DNA of 59,945 nt, counting the filler. It is 4 parts of 4 records of this genome, joined end to end, with 100 filler letters (N's around TTAATTAATTAA, not from the genome) between each part and the next. Parts side by side here need not be neighbours in the genome. Positions count along the whole stretch, not along the records: positions 1 to 10,655 come from SRR31156797_1915; positions 10,756 to 35,657 come from SRR31156797_1919; 2 more parts are not named here. One strand, given 5' to 3'. Below, piece after piece: positions 9,969 through 21,330 of the stretch. The translations under genes and the position numbers were made by a program. The notes beneath the pieces are model-generated. The model saw nothing but the letters and a program-made list of their open reading frames with translations. It had not been told where the DNA came from and searched no databases. The first letter of the stretch is position 1, and every line of letters starts with the position of its first letter.

Positions 9969-10655
9969 TTATTTCTCTTGTGCTGCAACAGTTACCTTCA
10001 CATCTAATTCACCATTTACAGCTTCGTTGGCAATGGTTACTAAACGGATGTGTGGACTGTATGGCACTGCACCTTCTTTGTAGGGTTTTACACCAACTCC
10101 TCCGTAAATTCCAGGATTTGTTCCATCACTAGCTTTTCCGGCAAGCGTTACACCGATGTTCTCTTCTTCATCGGTACCAGTAGCTGTTCCCAAGTGATAG
10201 TCGTTATCGTATGAAAAGTGCCTGATGTCTCCTGTTATTGTTGTGTACAAATTTGCATTTCCTGTATTACGAATATTTCCTTTTCCAGTATTTGTATCAG
10301 ATGAACTAAATGGAAGATAATTGGCACTATAAACGTTGTTTTGAAAATTGCAATTGATTGTTTGATCCATTCCATATGAATTAGCAATTACATTATTTAG
10401 AAATTGGCAATTTGTACAATACCTAATAAGCCTGTTATTATAATCGTAAGTACAATACGAATTATGTTTAAAAATTGAATAGCGGAAACTTCGGGTTTGA
10501 CCAAAGATTAGGTTATTCTCTATTAGGCAGTTGCTTCCATAACGGGCATCGATATGAGCAACAACGCACCCCCACAAACGAAAATTCAGTTTTGGAGAAC
10601 CACTACTGAGATCGGTGTTATAGCGTAAATAGAGTGTTCCACCAATTCTACAACG
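9969..10655 (-). CDS. Paralog of the adjacent beta-helix-like protein (5' end truncated by the contig edge)
   Basis: Frame is open to the gap (RCRIGGTLYLR..., matching KRCRLGSTL in the paralog). Shares the ASDGTNxGI(Y/F)G...PYK...PY.PHI C-terminus. Confidence 0.7.
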   Translation of the reverse strand, partial: RCRIGGTLYLRYNTDLSSGSPKLNFRLWGCVVAHIDARYGSNCLIENNLIFGQTRSFRYSIFKHNSYCTYDYNNRLIRYCTNCQFLNNVIANSYGMDQTINCNFQNNVYSANYLPFSSSDTNTGKGNIRNTGNANLYTTITGDIRHFSYDNDYHLGTATGTDEEENIGVTLAGKASDGTNPGIYGGVGVKPYKEGAVPYSPHIRLVTIANEAVNGELDVKVTVAAQEK

Positions 10656-10755
10656 NNNNNNNNNNNNNNNNNNNNNNNNNNNNNNNNNNNNNNNNNNNNT
10701 TAATTAATTAANNNNNNNNNNNNNNNNNNNNNNNNNNNNNNNNNNNNNNNNNNNN
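10656..10755. other. Artificial contig spacer
   Basis: N run with TTAATTAATTAA (stops in all six frames). Confidence 0.98.
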
Positions 10756-11025
10756 CGTAAAAAATTATTCGAAATGAACCGTGTAATTTCTGATACTGCT
10801 GAGTACGGATGTTATTTGTTTGATCATGCTTGTAAGCCTTTATTGGCAGACTTTATGAAGCAAGTTGAAACAAATATTATCGGTAAAAACTTTAACGAAG
10901 GTCTTGAAGGTAGCGTAAGTAACAAAGAGTTAGTTGAAGTGAACGAAGCCATTCGTTTTCACGATGTAGAAATCATCGGAGCTGAGTTAAGAGAAGCAAT
11001 GACTGCAATGAAAGCAATCATCTAA
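10756..11025 (+). CDS. ilvC: Ketol-acid reductoisomerase, C-terminal part (long class II form), 5' truncated
   Basis: RKKLFEMNRVISDTAEYGCYLF ... IIGAELREAMTAMK matches the long-form IlvC C-terminus; lies beside the ilv-leu genes. Confidence 0.88.
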   Translation, partial: RKKLFEMNRVISDTAEYGCYLFDHACKPLLADFMKQVETNIIGKNFNEGLEGSVSNKELVEVNEAIRFHDVEIIGAELREAMTAMKAII

Positions 11026-11045
11026 TAACTGATAATTTTAATAAA

Positions 11046-11074
11046 TGCCCTGTTTGTTTTTTATAAACAGGGTA
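11046..11074 (+). terminator. Hairpin, probable ilvC terminator
   Basis: TGCCCTGTTT...AAACAGGGTA just after the stop codon; weak U tract. Confidence 0.55.
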
Positions 11075-11382
11075 TATCATTTAATTCAGGTAGGTATTTC
11101 TTTAAGAAGAAATACTCGAAAAGAATGAGTGAAAACTTTTATAGAATTGAATCATGGGTTTAAAAGTTCGATTCGTTTTTTAAGTTTTAATTAGTTAATA
11201 ATTTCGGAGTTGTTCGTCTTTATTTGTCAGTTATTCAGTATTATAGCTTTGTGGTTGTGGGGTGTGTATAAACATTCAATTATTCTGCGTATTTATGTAT
11301 ATAATGTATGTGTTCAAGTATAAAACACTATAAGTCATTCATAAATAGATAAAAGGTAAATGTATAATTCTACATTTATTTT

Positions 11383-11412
11383 TTTGGAGATTAAAAAAAA
11401 ACTCTACATTTG
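11383..11412 (+). promoter_or_regulatory. Bacteroidota sigma-A type promoter (-33 TTTG / -7 TAnnTTTG)
   Basis: TTTG at 11383-11386 and TACATTTG at 11405-11412, upstream of the leader peptide. Confidence 0.6.
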
Positions 11413-11446
11413 TAACGGTTGTTATACAACGAAAAAGCAAAGCGAA

Positions 11447-11512
11447 ATGAATAATATTTTTTCACTCATTCTCATTAACGTGATTCTCTTGGTCATTACC
11501 AGGAGGAAGTGA
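11447..11512 (+). CDS. Attenuation leader peptide of the ilv-leu operon (MNNIFSLILINVILLVITRRK)
   Basis: 21 codons with 5 Ile, 4 Leu and 2 Val, followed by antiterminator/terminator sequences. Confidence 0.85.
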   Translation: MNNIFSLILINVILLVITRRK

Positions 11513-11552
11513 GAATGCTGTGCAAAAATTAATATATAGGATATTTTGTATG

Positions 11553-11590
11553 AGCCTTTCTCACATATTGTTGAGAAGGGCTTTTTTTTT
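11553..11590 (+). terminator. Attenuator terminator
   Basis: AGCCTTTCTCA-catattgt-TGAGAAGGGCT plus T run. The 5' arm can instead pair with GTGAGAATGCT (11509-11519). Confidence 0.85.
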
Positions 11591-11706
11591 GCCCAAAAAT
11601 TTAACGCATAGTTTAGCTGATTAGCTATAAAAATATAAACCATTGTATTTAAGCTGGACATTTTAGGTCTAAGGTCTTGATACTTGTGTCTTGATACATA
11701 ACTATT

Positions 11707-13533
11707 ATGAAGAATAAATTAAGAAGTGCAACAACTACAGAAGGCCGAAGAATGGCCGGTGCTCGTAGTTTATGGAGAGCCAATGGAGTTAAGGAAGAGC
11801 AATTCGGAAAACCAATGATTGCGATTGTTAACTCGTTTACACAATTTGTTCCTGGTCATGTTCACTTACATGAGATTGGACAAGAGGTGAAAAAAATGGT
11901 GGAAGCACAAGGTTGTTTTGCCGCTGAGTTTAATACTATTGCAGTAGATGATGGTATTGCAATGGGACATGATGGTATGTTGTACTCTTTACCTTCACGT
12001 GATGTGATTGCTGATAGTGTTGAATATATGTGTAATGCACACCGGGCAGATGCCATGGTTTGTATCAGTAACTGTGATAAAATTACGCCGGGGATGTTGA
12101 TGGCAGCCATGCGTTTAAATATTCCTGCAGTATTTGTTTCAGGGGGGCCAATGGAAGCTGGTAAGGTTGGTGAAAAAGCATTAGACCTTGTTGATGCTAT
12201 GGTAATGGCAGCTGATGATAGTGTTTCTGATGAAGAGGTTTCTGCAGTGGAAGCAAATGCTTGTCCAACATGTGGTTCTTGTTCCGGTATGTTTACTGCC
12301 AATTCAATGAACTGTTTAAATGAAGCTATTGGTTTAGCATTACCTGGTAACGGAACTATCGTAGCAACACATGCCAACAGGAAAGCACTTTTTGAAAAAG
12401 CGGCTAAATTAATTGTTGAAAACACATATAAGTATTATAGAGATGGTGATGAATCTGTATTGCCTCGTTCAATAGGTACTTTTAATGCATTTAAAAATGC
12501 GATGACTTTGGATGTGGCCATGGGTGGTTCAACAAATACAGTATTACACATTTTAGCCATTGCCCATGAAGCAGGTGTAAACTTTACCATGGATGATATC
12601 GATAAAATATCGAGATATACTCCTGTATTATCGAAAGTAGCTCCAAACTCGCATTATCATATCGAAGATGTAAATCGTGCCGGAGGTATTCTTGGAATCA
12701 TGGCTGAGTTAAATCGTGCCGGGTTATTAGATACAAATGTTTCAAGAGCTGATGGATTATCATTAGAAGAGGCTATTGCAAAATATGATGTAACCAATTC
12801 TTCAGTTAGTGAAGAAGTAAAAGATATTTATACAAGTGCTCCTGCGGGTATCAGAAACCTGACAATGGGCTCACAGAATACCCATTATGCCGAGTTGGAT
12901 TTAGACAGAGAAAACGGTTGTATTCGTTCTGTTGAAAAAGCTTACAACAAAGATGGTGGTTTAGCTGTTCTTAAGGGAAATATTGCCAAAGATGGTTGTG
13001 TTGTGAAAACTGCCGGTGTTGATGAGTCAATCTTTATTTTTAAAGGGAAAGCCAGAGTTTATCAATCTCAGGATGCTGCTTGTGATGGAATTCTTTCAGG
13101 AGAAGTGCTAGCCGGTGAGGTTGTTATAATTACCTATGAAGGTCCGAAGGGAGGACCGGGTATGCAAGAAATGTTGTATCCTACATCATATATTAAGTCT
13201 CGTCACTTAGGTGCAAAATGTGCCTTAATTACAGATGGAAGATTTTCCGGAGGTACATCAGGTTTATCAATAGGTCATGTTTCACCAGAAGCTGCTGCAG
13301 GTGGAGCCATTGGTTTAGTACAAACCGGAGATGAAATTGAAATTAATATTCCGGAACGATCTATTAATGTATTAGTTTCAGATGAAGAACTGGCAGAAAG
13401 AAGAAAAGAGGAAGAAGCTAAAGGAGATAAAGCATTTACTCCTGAGCCAAGAGAACGTCAGGTTTCAAAAGCACTTAAGGCTTATGCCAGCTTGGTAAGT
13501 TCAGCTGATAAAGGAGCTGTAAGATTAATTTAG
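11707..13533 (+). CDS. ilvD: Dihydroxy-acid dehydratase
   Basis: [63 protein letters not shown]. Confidence 0.97.
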   Translation: MKNKLRSATTTEGRRMAGARSLWRANGVKEEQFGKPMIAIVNSFTQFVPGHVHLHEIGQEVKKMVEAQGCFAAEFNTIAVDDGIAMGHDGMLYSLPSRDVIADSVEYMCNAHRADAMVCISNCDKITPGMLMAAMRLNIPAVFVSGGPMEAGKVGEKALDLVDAMVMAADDSVSDEEVSAVEANACPTCGSCSGMFTANSMNCLNEAIGLALPGNGTIVATHANRKALFEKAAKLIVENTYKYYRDGDESVLPRSIGTFNAFKNAMTLDVAMGGSTNTVLHILAIAHEAGVNFTMDDIDKISRYTPVLSKVAPNSHYHIEDVNRAGGILGIMAELNRAGLLDTNVSRADGLSLEEAIAKYDVTNSSVSEEVKDIYTSAPAGIRNLTMGSQNTHYAELDLDRENGCIRSVEKAYNKDGGLAVLKGNIAKDGCVVKTAGVDESIFIFKGKARVYQSQDAACDGILSGEVLAGEVVIITYEGPKGGPGMQEMLYPTSYIKSRHLGAKCALITDGRFSGGTSGLSIGHVSPEAAAGGAIGLVQTGDEIEINIPERSINVLVSDEELAERRKEEEAKGDKAFTPEPRERQVSKALKAYASLVSSADKGAVRLI

Positions 13534-13678
13534 AAAGTTGAGAAGATATAGGTAAGAGGTTTGTATTCTTACCTTATAATTATAGTTTGAAATTTATATA
13601 TATTTATTTGAACCTAAATAGTACACACATTTACTAAAGGATTTAAATATGTTAGTAAAACCACAAAGCCAAATACTC

Positions 13679-15388
13679 ATGGAAAAGAACACCAAAGGAA
13701 AAGAGAGAATTTCCGGTTCAGAAGCAGTGCTTCGGTCATTATTATGTGAGGGAGTGGATTTAATTTTTGGATATCCTGGAGGTGCAATCATGCCTGTGTA
13801 TGATGCCCTTTATGATTATCAGGATAAATTACATCACGTTCTCACTCGCCATGAACAGGGAGCTGTTCATGCTGCGCAAGGATTTGCAAGAGTAACAGGT
13901 AAAGTGGGTGTCTGTTTTGCTACTTCAGGACCCGGAGCAACTAATACGGTAACAGGAATTGCCGATGCAATGATTGATTCAACACCAATGGTGGTGATTA
14001 CCGGACAGGTAGCTTCTCCTCTTTTAGGAACAGATGCTTTTCAAGAAATTGACGTAGTAGGTATTACTCAGCCAATTACCAAATGGAATTATTTGGTAAA
14101 AACAGCTGAGGAAATTCCAGAAGCCATAGCAAAAGCATTTTATATTGCTGCATCAGGTCGTCCTGGTCCAGTTGTTATTGACATTGCTAAAGATGCACAA
14201 TTTGGAGAGCTGGATTTTGAGTATAAAAAAGTAAATCATATTAGAAGTTATACGCCAGCTCCATTAACAAAGCCTGCATCGATACATGATGCTGTTGAAA
14301 TAATTAATGCAGCTAAAAAACCTTTGGCATTAGTTGGCCAGGGTGTAATCTTAGGTCAGGCAGAAACCGAATTAAAAGAGTTTTTAGATAAAACTGGAAT
14401 ACCAGCAGCCTGGACTTTGTTAGGACTGTCGGCTATGCCTTCTGATTATGAATTGAATGTTGGTATGTTAGGAATGCACGGTAATTACGGTCCTAATGTA
14501 AAAACCAATGAGTGTGATGTGTTGATTGCAATTGGGATGCGTTTTGATGACAGGGTTACGGGTGATGTGAATAGCTATGCAAAGCAGGCTAAAATCATTC
14601 ATCTGGAAATTGATCCTGCTGAAGTAAACAAAATCATTCCTGCTGATGTTGCTGTGTTGGGAAGTGTAAAAGATACTCTGCCAATGTTAACACAAGAAGT
14701 GAAAGGAAATGCACATCCGGAATGGTTAGCTGAATTCAAATCTTGCGATAAGCTGGAAAATGAAAAAGTCATAGAAAATGAAGTTTACCCTAAGTCTGGA
14801 GGTATGACAATGGGAGAAGTGGTAAACAAAGTTTCAAAAGCATTTGATGATGACGCTGTTGTGGTTACTGATGTAGGTCAGCACCAAATGATGGCATCAC
14901 GATACTTTAAGTTTAAGCAATCCAAAAGTATTGTTACTTCAGGAGGATTAGGAACCATGGGATTTGGTTTGCCTGCTGCATTGGGAGCTAAACTTGGAGC
15001 TGCACATAGAGATGTTTGCGTGTTTATTGGTGATGGAGGTTTCCAGATGACAATTCAGGAATTAGGAACGATTTTCCAAACAAAAGCAGCTGTTAAGATC
15101 ATTATTCTAAATAACAACTTCCTGGGAATGGTGCGTCAGTGGCAGGAACTTTTCTTTGATAGCAGATATGCTTCAACCGAATTGGTGAATCCGGATTTCC
15201 AGATGATTGCAAAAGGGTATGGTATCGAAAGTGCATTAGTTGAATCCAGAGATACATTGGATGAGGCTATTGAGCAAATGGCTAAACATGATGGACCTTT
15301 CTTACTTGAAGTTAAAGTGGAGAAAGAAGGAAATGTATTTCCAATGGTTCCTTCAGGTTGTTCAGTATCAGATATTCGATTAGAGTAG
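13679..15388 (+). CDS. ilvB: Acetolactate synthase large subunit (start may be 13649)
   Basis: FGYPGGAIMP, RHEQGA, GMLGMHG and the GDGGFQM...NN ThDP motif. Confidence 0.95.
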   Translation: MEKNTKGKERISGSEAVLRSLLCEGVDLIFGYPGGAIMPVYDALYDYQDKLHHVLTRHEQGAVHAAQGFARVTGKVGVCFATSGPGATNTVTGIADAMIDSTPMVVITGQVASPLLGTDAFQEIDVVGITQPITKWNYLVKTAEEIPEAIAKAFYIAASGRPGPVVIDIAKDAQFGELDFEYKKVNHIRSYTPAPLTKPASIHDAVEIINAAKKPLALVGQGVILGQAETELKEFLDKTGIPAAWTLLGLSAMPSDYELNVGMLGMHGNYGPNVKTNECDVLIAIGMRFDDRVTGDVNSYAKQAKIIHLEIDPAEVNKIIPADVAVLGSVKDTLPMLTQEVKGNAHPEWLAEFKSCDKLENEKVIENEVYPKSGGMTMGEVVNKVSKAFDDDAVVVTDVGQHQMMASRYFKFKQSKSIVTSGGLGTMGFGLPAALGAKLGAAHRDVCVFIGDGGFQMTIQELGTIFQTKAAVKIIILNNNFLGMVRQWQELFFDSRYASTELVNPDFQMIAKGYGIESALVESRDTLDEAIEQMAKHDGPFLLEVKVEKEGNVFPMVPSGCSVSDIRLE

Positions 15389-15419
15389 TTTTTTTAGTTC
15401 ATGTTTAAAACTTGAAACC

Positions 15420-15974
15420 ATGCAGCAAGAATTCACCTTAACCATATTTTCAGAAAACCATGTTGGTTTGCTCAATCAGATTACAACTGCCTTTACACGT
15501 AGAAGTATCAATATTGAGAGTTTAAATACTTCAGAGTCATCTCTCGAAGGAATACATAAATTTACCATTGTAGTGTATTCTACTCGTGAACAAATTGAAA
15601 AGTTAAAAGGTCAACTTGAAAAGAAGATTGATGTTTTGAAAGTGTTTGTTTTTACAACAGATGAAATTATTCATCAGGAAATAGCATTATATAAAGTGCC
15701 AACAGAAGCTTTGTTATCAGGAAATGAAATAGAGCAGATTGTGCGTAAATATGGTGCTCGTATCATGGAGGTTACACCTGAATATACTGTAATTGAAAAA
15801 ACAGGGCACAAGTCTGAAACACAGGAATTATTTGTTAAGCTTGATAAATATGGTGTTCTTCAGTTTATTCGTTCAGGTAGAGTGGCGATAACCAAACTCA
15901 GAACAGAGTTACTCGAGAAATACCTGAAAAAACTGAGAACAGAAAATAAGATTAGAGGAATAGAAACATTATAA
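15420..15974 (+). CDS. ilvN: Acetolactate synthase regulatory subunit
   Basis: ACT domain ENHVGLLNQI..FTRRSINIESL, C-terminal RSGRVA; follows ilvB. Confidence 0.93.
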   Translation: MQQEFTLTIFSENHVGLLNQITTAFTRRSINIESLNTSESSLEGIHKFTIVVYSTREQIEKLKGQLEKKIDVLKVFVFTTDEIIHQEIALYKVPTEALLSGNEIEQIVRKYGARIMEVTPEYTVIEKTGHKSETQELFVKLDKYGVLQFIRSGRVAITKLRTELLEKYLKKLRTENKIRGIETL

Positions 15975-16036
15975 AATATGAATAATAAGGATAGAGGTCT
16001 TCCCGGCTTCTTCCATCTTAAATAATTATTTTAGTT

Positions 16037-17530
16037 ATGGACAATAAAGTTTATGTTTTTGACACCACGTTAAGGGACGGAGAACAGGTTCCTGGTTGCC
16101 AGTTGAATACTATTGAAAAAATAGAAGTAGCTAAGCAACTCGAAAAACTCGGTGTTGATATCATTGAGGCCGGGTTCCCCATTTCAAGTCCTGGGGATTT
16201 CAACTCAGTGGTCGAAATCTCCAAAGCAGTTACAAATCCTACCATTTGTGCCTTAACGCGTGCTGTTAAAAAGGATATTGAAGTAGCAGCTGATGCCTTA
16301 AAATATGCTAAAAGAGGTCGTATCCATACAGGTATCGGAACATCTCCTTATCATATATATCAAAAATTAAACTCAAATCCTGATGAGATTATTGAACGTG
16401 CTGTTGCAGCTGTTAAATATGCTAAGGAAAGAGCAGATGAGGTTGAGTTTTATGCCGAGGATGCAGGGCGTAGTGAAAATGAATATTTAGCTCGCGTAGT
16501 AGAAGCTGTTATTGCAGCTGGTGCTGATGTGGTAAATATTCCAGATACGACTGGTTATTGTTTACCTTCTGAGTATGGAGCTAAGATTGCTTATCTGAGA
16601 AATAATGTGACTAATATTGATAAGGCTATTCTTTCAACACACTGTCACAATGATTTAGGTATGGCTACAGCGAATACTTTAGCCGGTGTTGTAAATGGTG
16701 CTCGTCAGGTTGAGGTTACCTTAAATGGTTTAGGAGAGCGCGCTGGTAACACTGCTTTAGAAGAGGTAGTTATGGCAATCCAATGTCATAAAGATCTGGA
16801 TTTTAAAACAGGGGTTGATGCTAAGCAGATTATTAAAACCAGTAAGTTAGTTTCTACCTTAATGCGTATGCCTGTTCAAGCTAACAAAGCAATTGTAGGT
16901 CGAAATGCTTTTGCGCACTCTTCAGGTATTCACCAGGACGGCGTATTAAAAAATCGTGAAACATACGAAATTATTGATCCGGCTGATGTTGGTGTTAAAG
17001 AATCTAGCATTGTATTAACGGCTCGTAGTGGTCGCGCTGCTTTAAAGCACAGATTAGACGTGTTAGGTTATAAGCTGGATCAGGAAAAATTAGATCAGGT
17101 ATATAAAAACTTCTTAGTGTTGGCTGACTCTAAAAAAGATATTTCTGATGAAGATTTGGAAGTTTTAGTTGGGCATGAAAAGAAAGAAGAGCGTGTTCTT
17201 AAGTTGGATAAATTCCAGGTAATTTGCGGTAAGTCTTGTATTCCATCAGCAACAGTTACCATCAATCACAATGGTAAGGTAATGACCCGAAATGCTATCG
17301 GAGATGGACCGATTGATGCTGCATTTACTGCCATTAAGAATATGCTTGAAGTAGATGTTGTTCTTGAGGAATACTTGGTGCAGGCAGTAACAAGAGGATC
17401 TGACGATATAGGAAAAGTTCACGTTCAATTAGCACAAGATGGTAGAACCGTTCATGGTTTTGGTGCTAATGTAGATATTATGACTGCTTCGGTTTGGGCA
17501 TATTTAGATGCTTTATCGAAGATTGTTTAG
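16037..17530 (+). CDS. leuA: 2-isopropylmalate synthase
   Basis: [32 protein letters not shown]. Confidence 0.95.
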   Translation: MDNKVYVFDTTLRDGEQVPGCQLNTIEKIEVAKQLEKLGVDIIEAGFPISSPGDFNSVVEISKAVTNPTICALTRAVKKDIEVAADALKYAKRGRIHTGIGTSPYHIYQKLNSNPDEIIERAVAAVKYAKERADEVEFYAEDAGRSENEYLARVVEAVIAAGADVVNIPDTTGYCLPSEYGAKIAYLRNNVTNIDKAILSTHCHNDLGMATANTLAGVVNGARQVEVTLNGLGERAGNTALEEVVMAIQCHKDLDFKTGVDAKQIIKTSKLVSTLMRMPVQANKAIVGRNAFAHSSGIHQDGVLKNRETYEIIDPADVGVKESSIVLTARSGRAALKHRLDVLGYKLDQEKLDQVYKNFLVLADSKKDISDEDLEVLVGHEKKEERVLKLDKFQVICGKSCIPSATVTINHNGKVMTRNAIGDGPIDAAFTAIKNMLEVDVVLEEYLVQAVTRGSDDIGKVHVQLAQDGRTVHGFGANVDIMTASVWAYLDALSKIV

Positions 17531-17532
17531 TT

Positions 17533-17613
17533 AGACAAAAGTATTAAGACAAAAGAATAGAGATGTTCTGTTGACAAATCCTCTTTTGTCTTTATTCTTA
17601 ATACTTTATACTA
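17533..17613. repeat. Inverted heptamer-repeat element (leuA-leuC spacer)
   Basis: agacaaa agtatta agacaaa agaatag ... tcttttg tctttat tcttaat actttat; the two arms are complementary. Confidence 0.65.
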
Positions 17614-17644
17614 GTAATTATTATAACTTATAAATATTAGAAAA

Positions 17645-19042
17645 TTGGCAGGGAAAACGCTTTTCGACAAAATTTGGGATATGCACGAAGTGAAGACCAT
17701 CGAGGATGGACCTTCAGTATTGTATATCGATCGCCATTTGGTTCATGAAGTAACCAGTCCACAGGCATTTGCCGGTTTAAAGGCAAGAGGAATTAAAGTA
17801 TTCAGACCGCAAAATACATTTGCAACGCCTGATCACAACATTCCTACAATTAATCAACATCTTCCAATCGCAGATGAGATTTCTCGTTTTCAGGTAGATA
17901 CTTTAACTCAAAACTGCGAAGACAATAACGTAACATTATTTGGTTTAGGACACCCTAAGAATGGTGTGGTACACGTGGTTGGACCAGAAAATGGAATTAC
18001 TCAACCGGGTATGACTATTGTTTGTGGTGATAGCCACACTTCAACACATGGAGCTTTCGGAAGTATTGCTTTCGGAATTGGTACTTCTGAGGTTGAAATG
18101 GTTCTTTCTACACAATGTATTATGCAGCCTCGTCCTAAAACCATGAAAATTAATATTGATGGTGAGCTGGAAGCAGGTGTAACTGCAAAAGATATTGTAT
18201 TGTATGTGATTTCTAAGCTTACTACAGGTGGAGGTACCGGATACTTTGTTGAGTTTGCCGGTTCTGCTATTCGTGGTTTAAGCATGGAAGGACGTATGAC
18301 AGTTTGTAATATGAGTATCGAGATGGGTGCTCGTGGCGGACTAATTGCTCCTGATGAAAAAACCATTGAGTACGTTAAAGGACGTGAGTACGCTCCTAAA
18401 GGTGCTGACTGGGATGTTGCTGTTGAAAAATGGAGAGCTTTGGTAACTGATGAGGATGCTGAGTTTGATAAAGTATACAACTTTGATGCAGCTGACATTG
18501 AGCCAATGATTACCTATGGAACAAACCCTGGAATGGGTGTAGGTATCACTCAAAATATCCCAACTTTAGATACGGTTGAAGAGTCATCTCAAAAAACATA
18601 TTTAAAGTCGCTTGATTATATGGGATATGCTCCTGGTGAAGCTATGTTAGGAAAAAAAATCGATTGGATTTTTGTAGGTAGCTGTACCAATGGTCGTATC
18701 GAAGATATCAGAGCTTTTGCTAATGCTGTAAAAGGTAAGAAAAAAGCTGACGGTGTTACAGCCTGGATCGTTCCTGGAAGTCACCAGGTAGAAGATCAAG
18801 CCATCGAAGAAGGATTAAAAGATATTTTAGAGGAAGCTGGTTTTGAACTACGTCAGCCAGGATGTTCTGCATGTTTAGCGATGAACGATGATAAAGTTCC
18901 TGCAGGCAAGTATTCAGTTTCTACAAGTAACCGTAACTTCGAAGGTCGTCAGGGACCGGGTGCAAGAACATTGTTAGCTAGTCCGCTAACAGCTGCAGCT
19001 TGTGCTGTTACAGGTGTAATTACTGATCCTCGTACTTTATAA
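17645..19042 (+). CDS. leuC: 3-isopropylmalate dehydratase large subunit
   Basis: TTG start. [51 protein letters not shown]. Confidence 0.97.
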   Translation: MAGKTLFDKIWDMHEVKTIEDGPSVLYIDRHLVHEVTSPQAFAGLKARGIKVFRPQNTFATPDHNIPTINQHLPIADEISRFQVDTLTQNCEDNNVTLFGLGHPKNGVVHVVGPENGITQPGMTIVCGDSHTSTHGAFGSIAFGIGTSEVEMVLSTQCIMQPRPKTMKINIDGELEAGVTAKDIVLYVISKLTTGGGTGYFVEFAGSAIRGLSMEGRMTVCNMSIEMGARGGLIAPDEKTIEYVKGREYAPKGADWDVAVEKWRALVTDEDAEFDKVYNFDAADIEPMITYGTNPGMGVGITQNIPTLDTVEESSQKTYLKSLDYMGYAPGEAMLGKKIDWIFVGSCTNGRIEDIRAFANAVKGKKKADGVTAWIVPGSHQVEDQAIEEGLKDILEEAGFELRQPGCSACLAMNDDKVPAGKYSVSTSNRNFEGRQGPGARTLLASPLTAAACAVTGVITDPRTL

Positions 19043-19060
19043 TCTTAAAAACTAAAGAAA

Positions 19061-19645
19061 ATGCCAATAGATAAATTTGTAACATTAGAGTCGACATATG
19101 TACCTCTTCCGATAGAGAATGTAGATACCGACCAAATTATTCCGGCTCGTTTCTTAAAAGCTACAACTAAAGAAGGTTTTGGTGATAACTTATTTGCCGA
19201 CTGGAGATATAACAAAGATGGATCAGCTAAAGCAGATTTCGTTTTAAACGATCCAACTTATTCAGGAGAAGTGTTGGTAGCAGGAAAAAACTTTGGTTCA
19301 GGATCGAGCCGTGAGCACGCAGCCTGGGCTGTACATGGTTATGGTTTTAAAGCTGTTGTTTCCAGCTTCTTTGCTGATATCTTTAAAAACAACTCTTTAA
19401 ATAACGGAGTTTTACCGGTAGTGGTTTCTGAAGAGTTTTTATCAGACTTATTTGCAGCTTCTGCAGATAACAAAGTGGTGATTAACCTTGAGGAGCAAAC
19501 TATTACCAATACAGCTAATGGTAAATCAGAATCGTTTGAAATTAATAGTTATAAAAAGAACTGTTTGTTAAACGGTTATGATGATATTGACTATCTTATC
19601 AGTGTTAAAGAAGAGATAGAAAGCTACGAACAAAACAAAGCATAA
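19061..19645 (+). CDS. leuD: 3-isopropylmalate dehydratase small subunit
   Basis: [24 protein letters not shown]. Confidence 0.97.
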   Translation: MPIDKFVTLESTYVPLPIENVDTDQIIPARFLKATTKEGFGDNLFADWRYNKDGSAKADFVLNDPTYSGEVLVAGKNFGSGSSREHAAWAVHGYGFKAVVSSFFADIFKNNSLNNGVLPVVVSEEFLSDLFAASADNKVVINLEEQTITNTANGKSESFEINSYKKNCLLNGYDDIDYLISVKEEIESYEQNKA

Positions 19646-19656
19646 TAGATGATAAT

Positions 19657-19692
19657 GCGGCATAAATCTAACCGGATTTGTGCCGCTTTTAT
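19657..19692 (+). terminator. Intrinsic terminator-like hairpin after leuD
   Basis: GCGGCATAAATCT-aacc-GGATTTGTGCCGC-TTTTAT. Confidence 0.7.
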
Positions 19693-19766
19693 GTTTAAAC
19701 TGATGATGATTACATCATCTTAATCTGCAGGTTTATCCTGTGTTCATCATTCACCCATAAGATAAT

Positions 19767-21323
19767 ATGAAGATTGAAGTAATGGATACAACGCTCCGTG
19801 ATGGGGAGCAAACCACCGGGGTATCTTTTAACGAAGGTGAAAAGCTGGCTATGGCTGGTTTGTTGATTGAAGAATTAAAAGTCGACCGTATTGAAGTGGC
19901 ATCAGCCCGGGTGTCGGAAGGCGAATTTTCTGCAGTTAAACGAATTACCGAATGGGCGAAAAGGCGTAATTGCCTTGAAAAAATTGAGGTGTTGGGTTTT
20001 GTTGATGGTGACATTTCATTGAAATGGATTCAGGATGCAGGAGGTAAAGTCATTAATTTATTGACGAAAGGTTCGCTTAAACATGTACAAAGCCAACTAA
20101 GAAAAACACCTGAAGAACACGTAAATGATATTACTGCTTTAGTGCAGAAAGCAAGTGAAATGGGAATTACGGTAAACGTATATCTTGAGGATTGGAGTAA
20201 CGGTATGCTCACTTCTCCGGATTATGTGTATTTCGTAGTTGGAGAAATTCAAAAGATGAATGTGAAGCGTATTATGCTTCCGGATACGTTGGGTGTTTTA
20301 AATCCAGATCAGACATTTAAGTTTTGTACAGATATGGTGACGAGATTCCCTGATGTACATTTCGATTTTCATGCACACAATGATTACGATATGGCTGTGG
20401 CCAATGTGTTTTCTGCTTTAAAAACCGGAATGAAAGGAATTCATACCACCGTAAACGGTTTGGGTGAGCGTGCTGGTAATGCTCCTTTGGCTAGTATTAT
20501 CGGAATTTTAAACGATCATTTAAAGCTGGAAAATAATCTTGATGAAGAGAAGATTACGCAGGTTAGTAAAGTAGTTGAGCAATTGTCAGGTCTTCGTATT
20601 CCCGAAAATCAGCCTATAACCGGTTACAATGTATTTACTCAATGTAGTGGTGTACATGCCGATGGCGACAGCAAAGACAACCTGTACTTTAATAGCCTAA
20701 TGCCAGAGCGTTTCGGAAGAAATCGTAAATATGCATTGGGTAAAACTTCTGGTAAAGCTAATATCAAGAAAAACCTGGAAGAGTTAGGTATCGAGCTTGG
20801 ACCAGAGGATATGAAGAAAGTAACGGCAAGAGTGATTGCATTAGGCGATAAAAAAGAGTTGGTTACAATTGAAGACCTACCATTTATTATTGCCGATGTG
20901 TTGAAAAGCTCTCAAATTAAAGATGCCATTAAAATTAGAAATTATAACCTCTCACTGGCATATGACCTTCGTCCATTAGCTTCTATAAGTATAGAGTTAA
21001 ATGGAGAAAGACATGATGAAACAGCTGTGGGAGATGGGCAGTATGATGCCTTTATGACAGCTCTTTGGAGAATATATACTCGTTTGAATAAAGTTCACCC
21101 GGTACTGGTAGATTATTGGGTAACAATTCCTCCTGGAGGTAAAACAGATGCCTTGGTAGAAACCGTAATTACATGGGATTATAAAGGTGTTGAAATAAAA
21201 TCAAGAGGTTTGGCAGCTGACCAGACAGAAGCAGCTATTGAAGCTACCATCAAAGTGTTAAATGTAATCGAAGAAGGTACTTTAACGCGTCAGGCTGATT
21301 GGAAAGAGAAATTAGAGAAATAA
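19767..21323 (+). CDS. cimA: Second IPMS-family enzyme, probably (R)-citramalate synthase
   Basis: [41 protein letters not shown] and GVHADGD resemble Leptospira/Bacteroides-type CimA rather than LeuA. Confidence 0.8.
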   Translation: MKIEVMDTTLRDGEQTTGVSFNEGEKLAMAGLLIEELKVDRIEVASARVSEGEFSAVKRITEWAKRRNCLEKIEVLGFVDGDISLKWIQDAGGKVINLLTKGSLKHVQSQLRKTPEEHVNDITALVQKASEMGITVNVYLEDWSNGMLTSPDYVYFVVGEIQKMNVKRIMLPDTLGVLNPDQTFKFCTDMVTRFPDVHFDFHAHNDYDMAVANVFSALKTGMKGIHTTVNGLGERAGNAPLASIIGILNDHLKLENNLDEEKITQVSKVVEQLSGLRIPENQPITGYNVFTQCSGVHADGDSKDNLYFNSLMPERFGRNRKYALGKTSGKANIKKNLEELGIELGPEDMKKVTARVIALGDKKELVTIEDLPFIIADVLKSSQIKDAIKIRNYNLSLAYDLRPLASISIELNGERHDETAVGDGQYDAFMTALWRIYTRLNKVHPVLVDYWVTIPPGGKTDALVETVITWDYKGVEIKSRGLAADQTEAAIEATIKVLNVIEEGTLTRQADWKEKLEK

Positions 21324-21330
21324 GTAAAAT

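Noticed and set aside
8848-10655. Paralog pair as DGR template/variable repeats
   Set aside because: Similarity is protein-level and diffuse rather than adenine-specific, and no reverse transcriptase is present.
10700-10711. TTAATTAATTAA palindrome repeated three times in the window
   Set aside because: It is an assembly linker, not biological sequence.
11422-11661. 79-aa minus-strand ORF
   Set aside because: It is the antisense shadow of the attenuator region.
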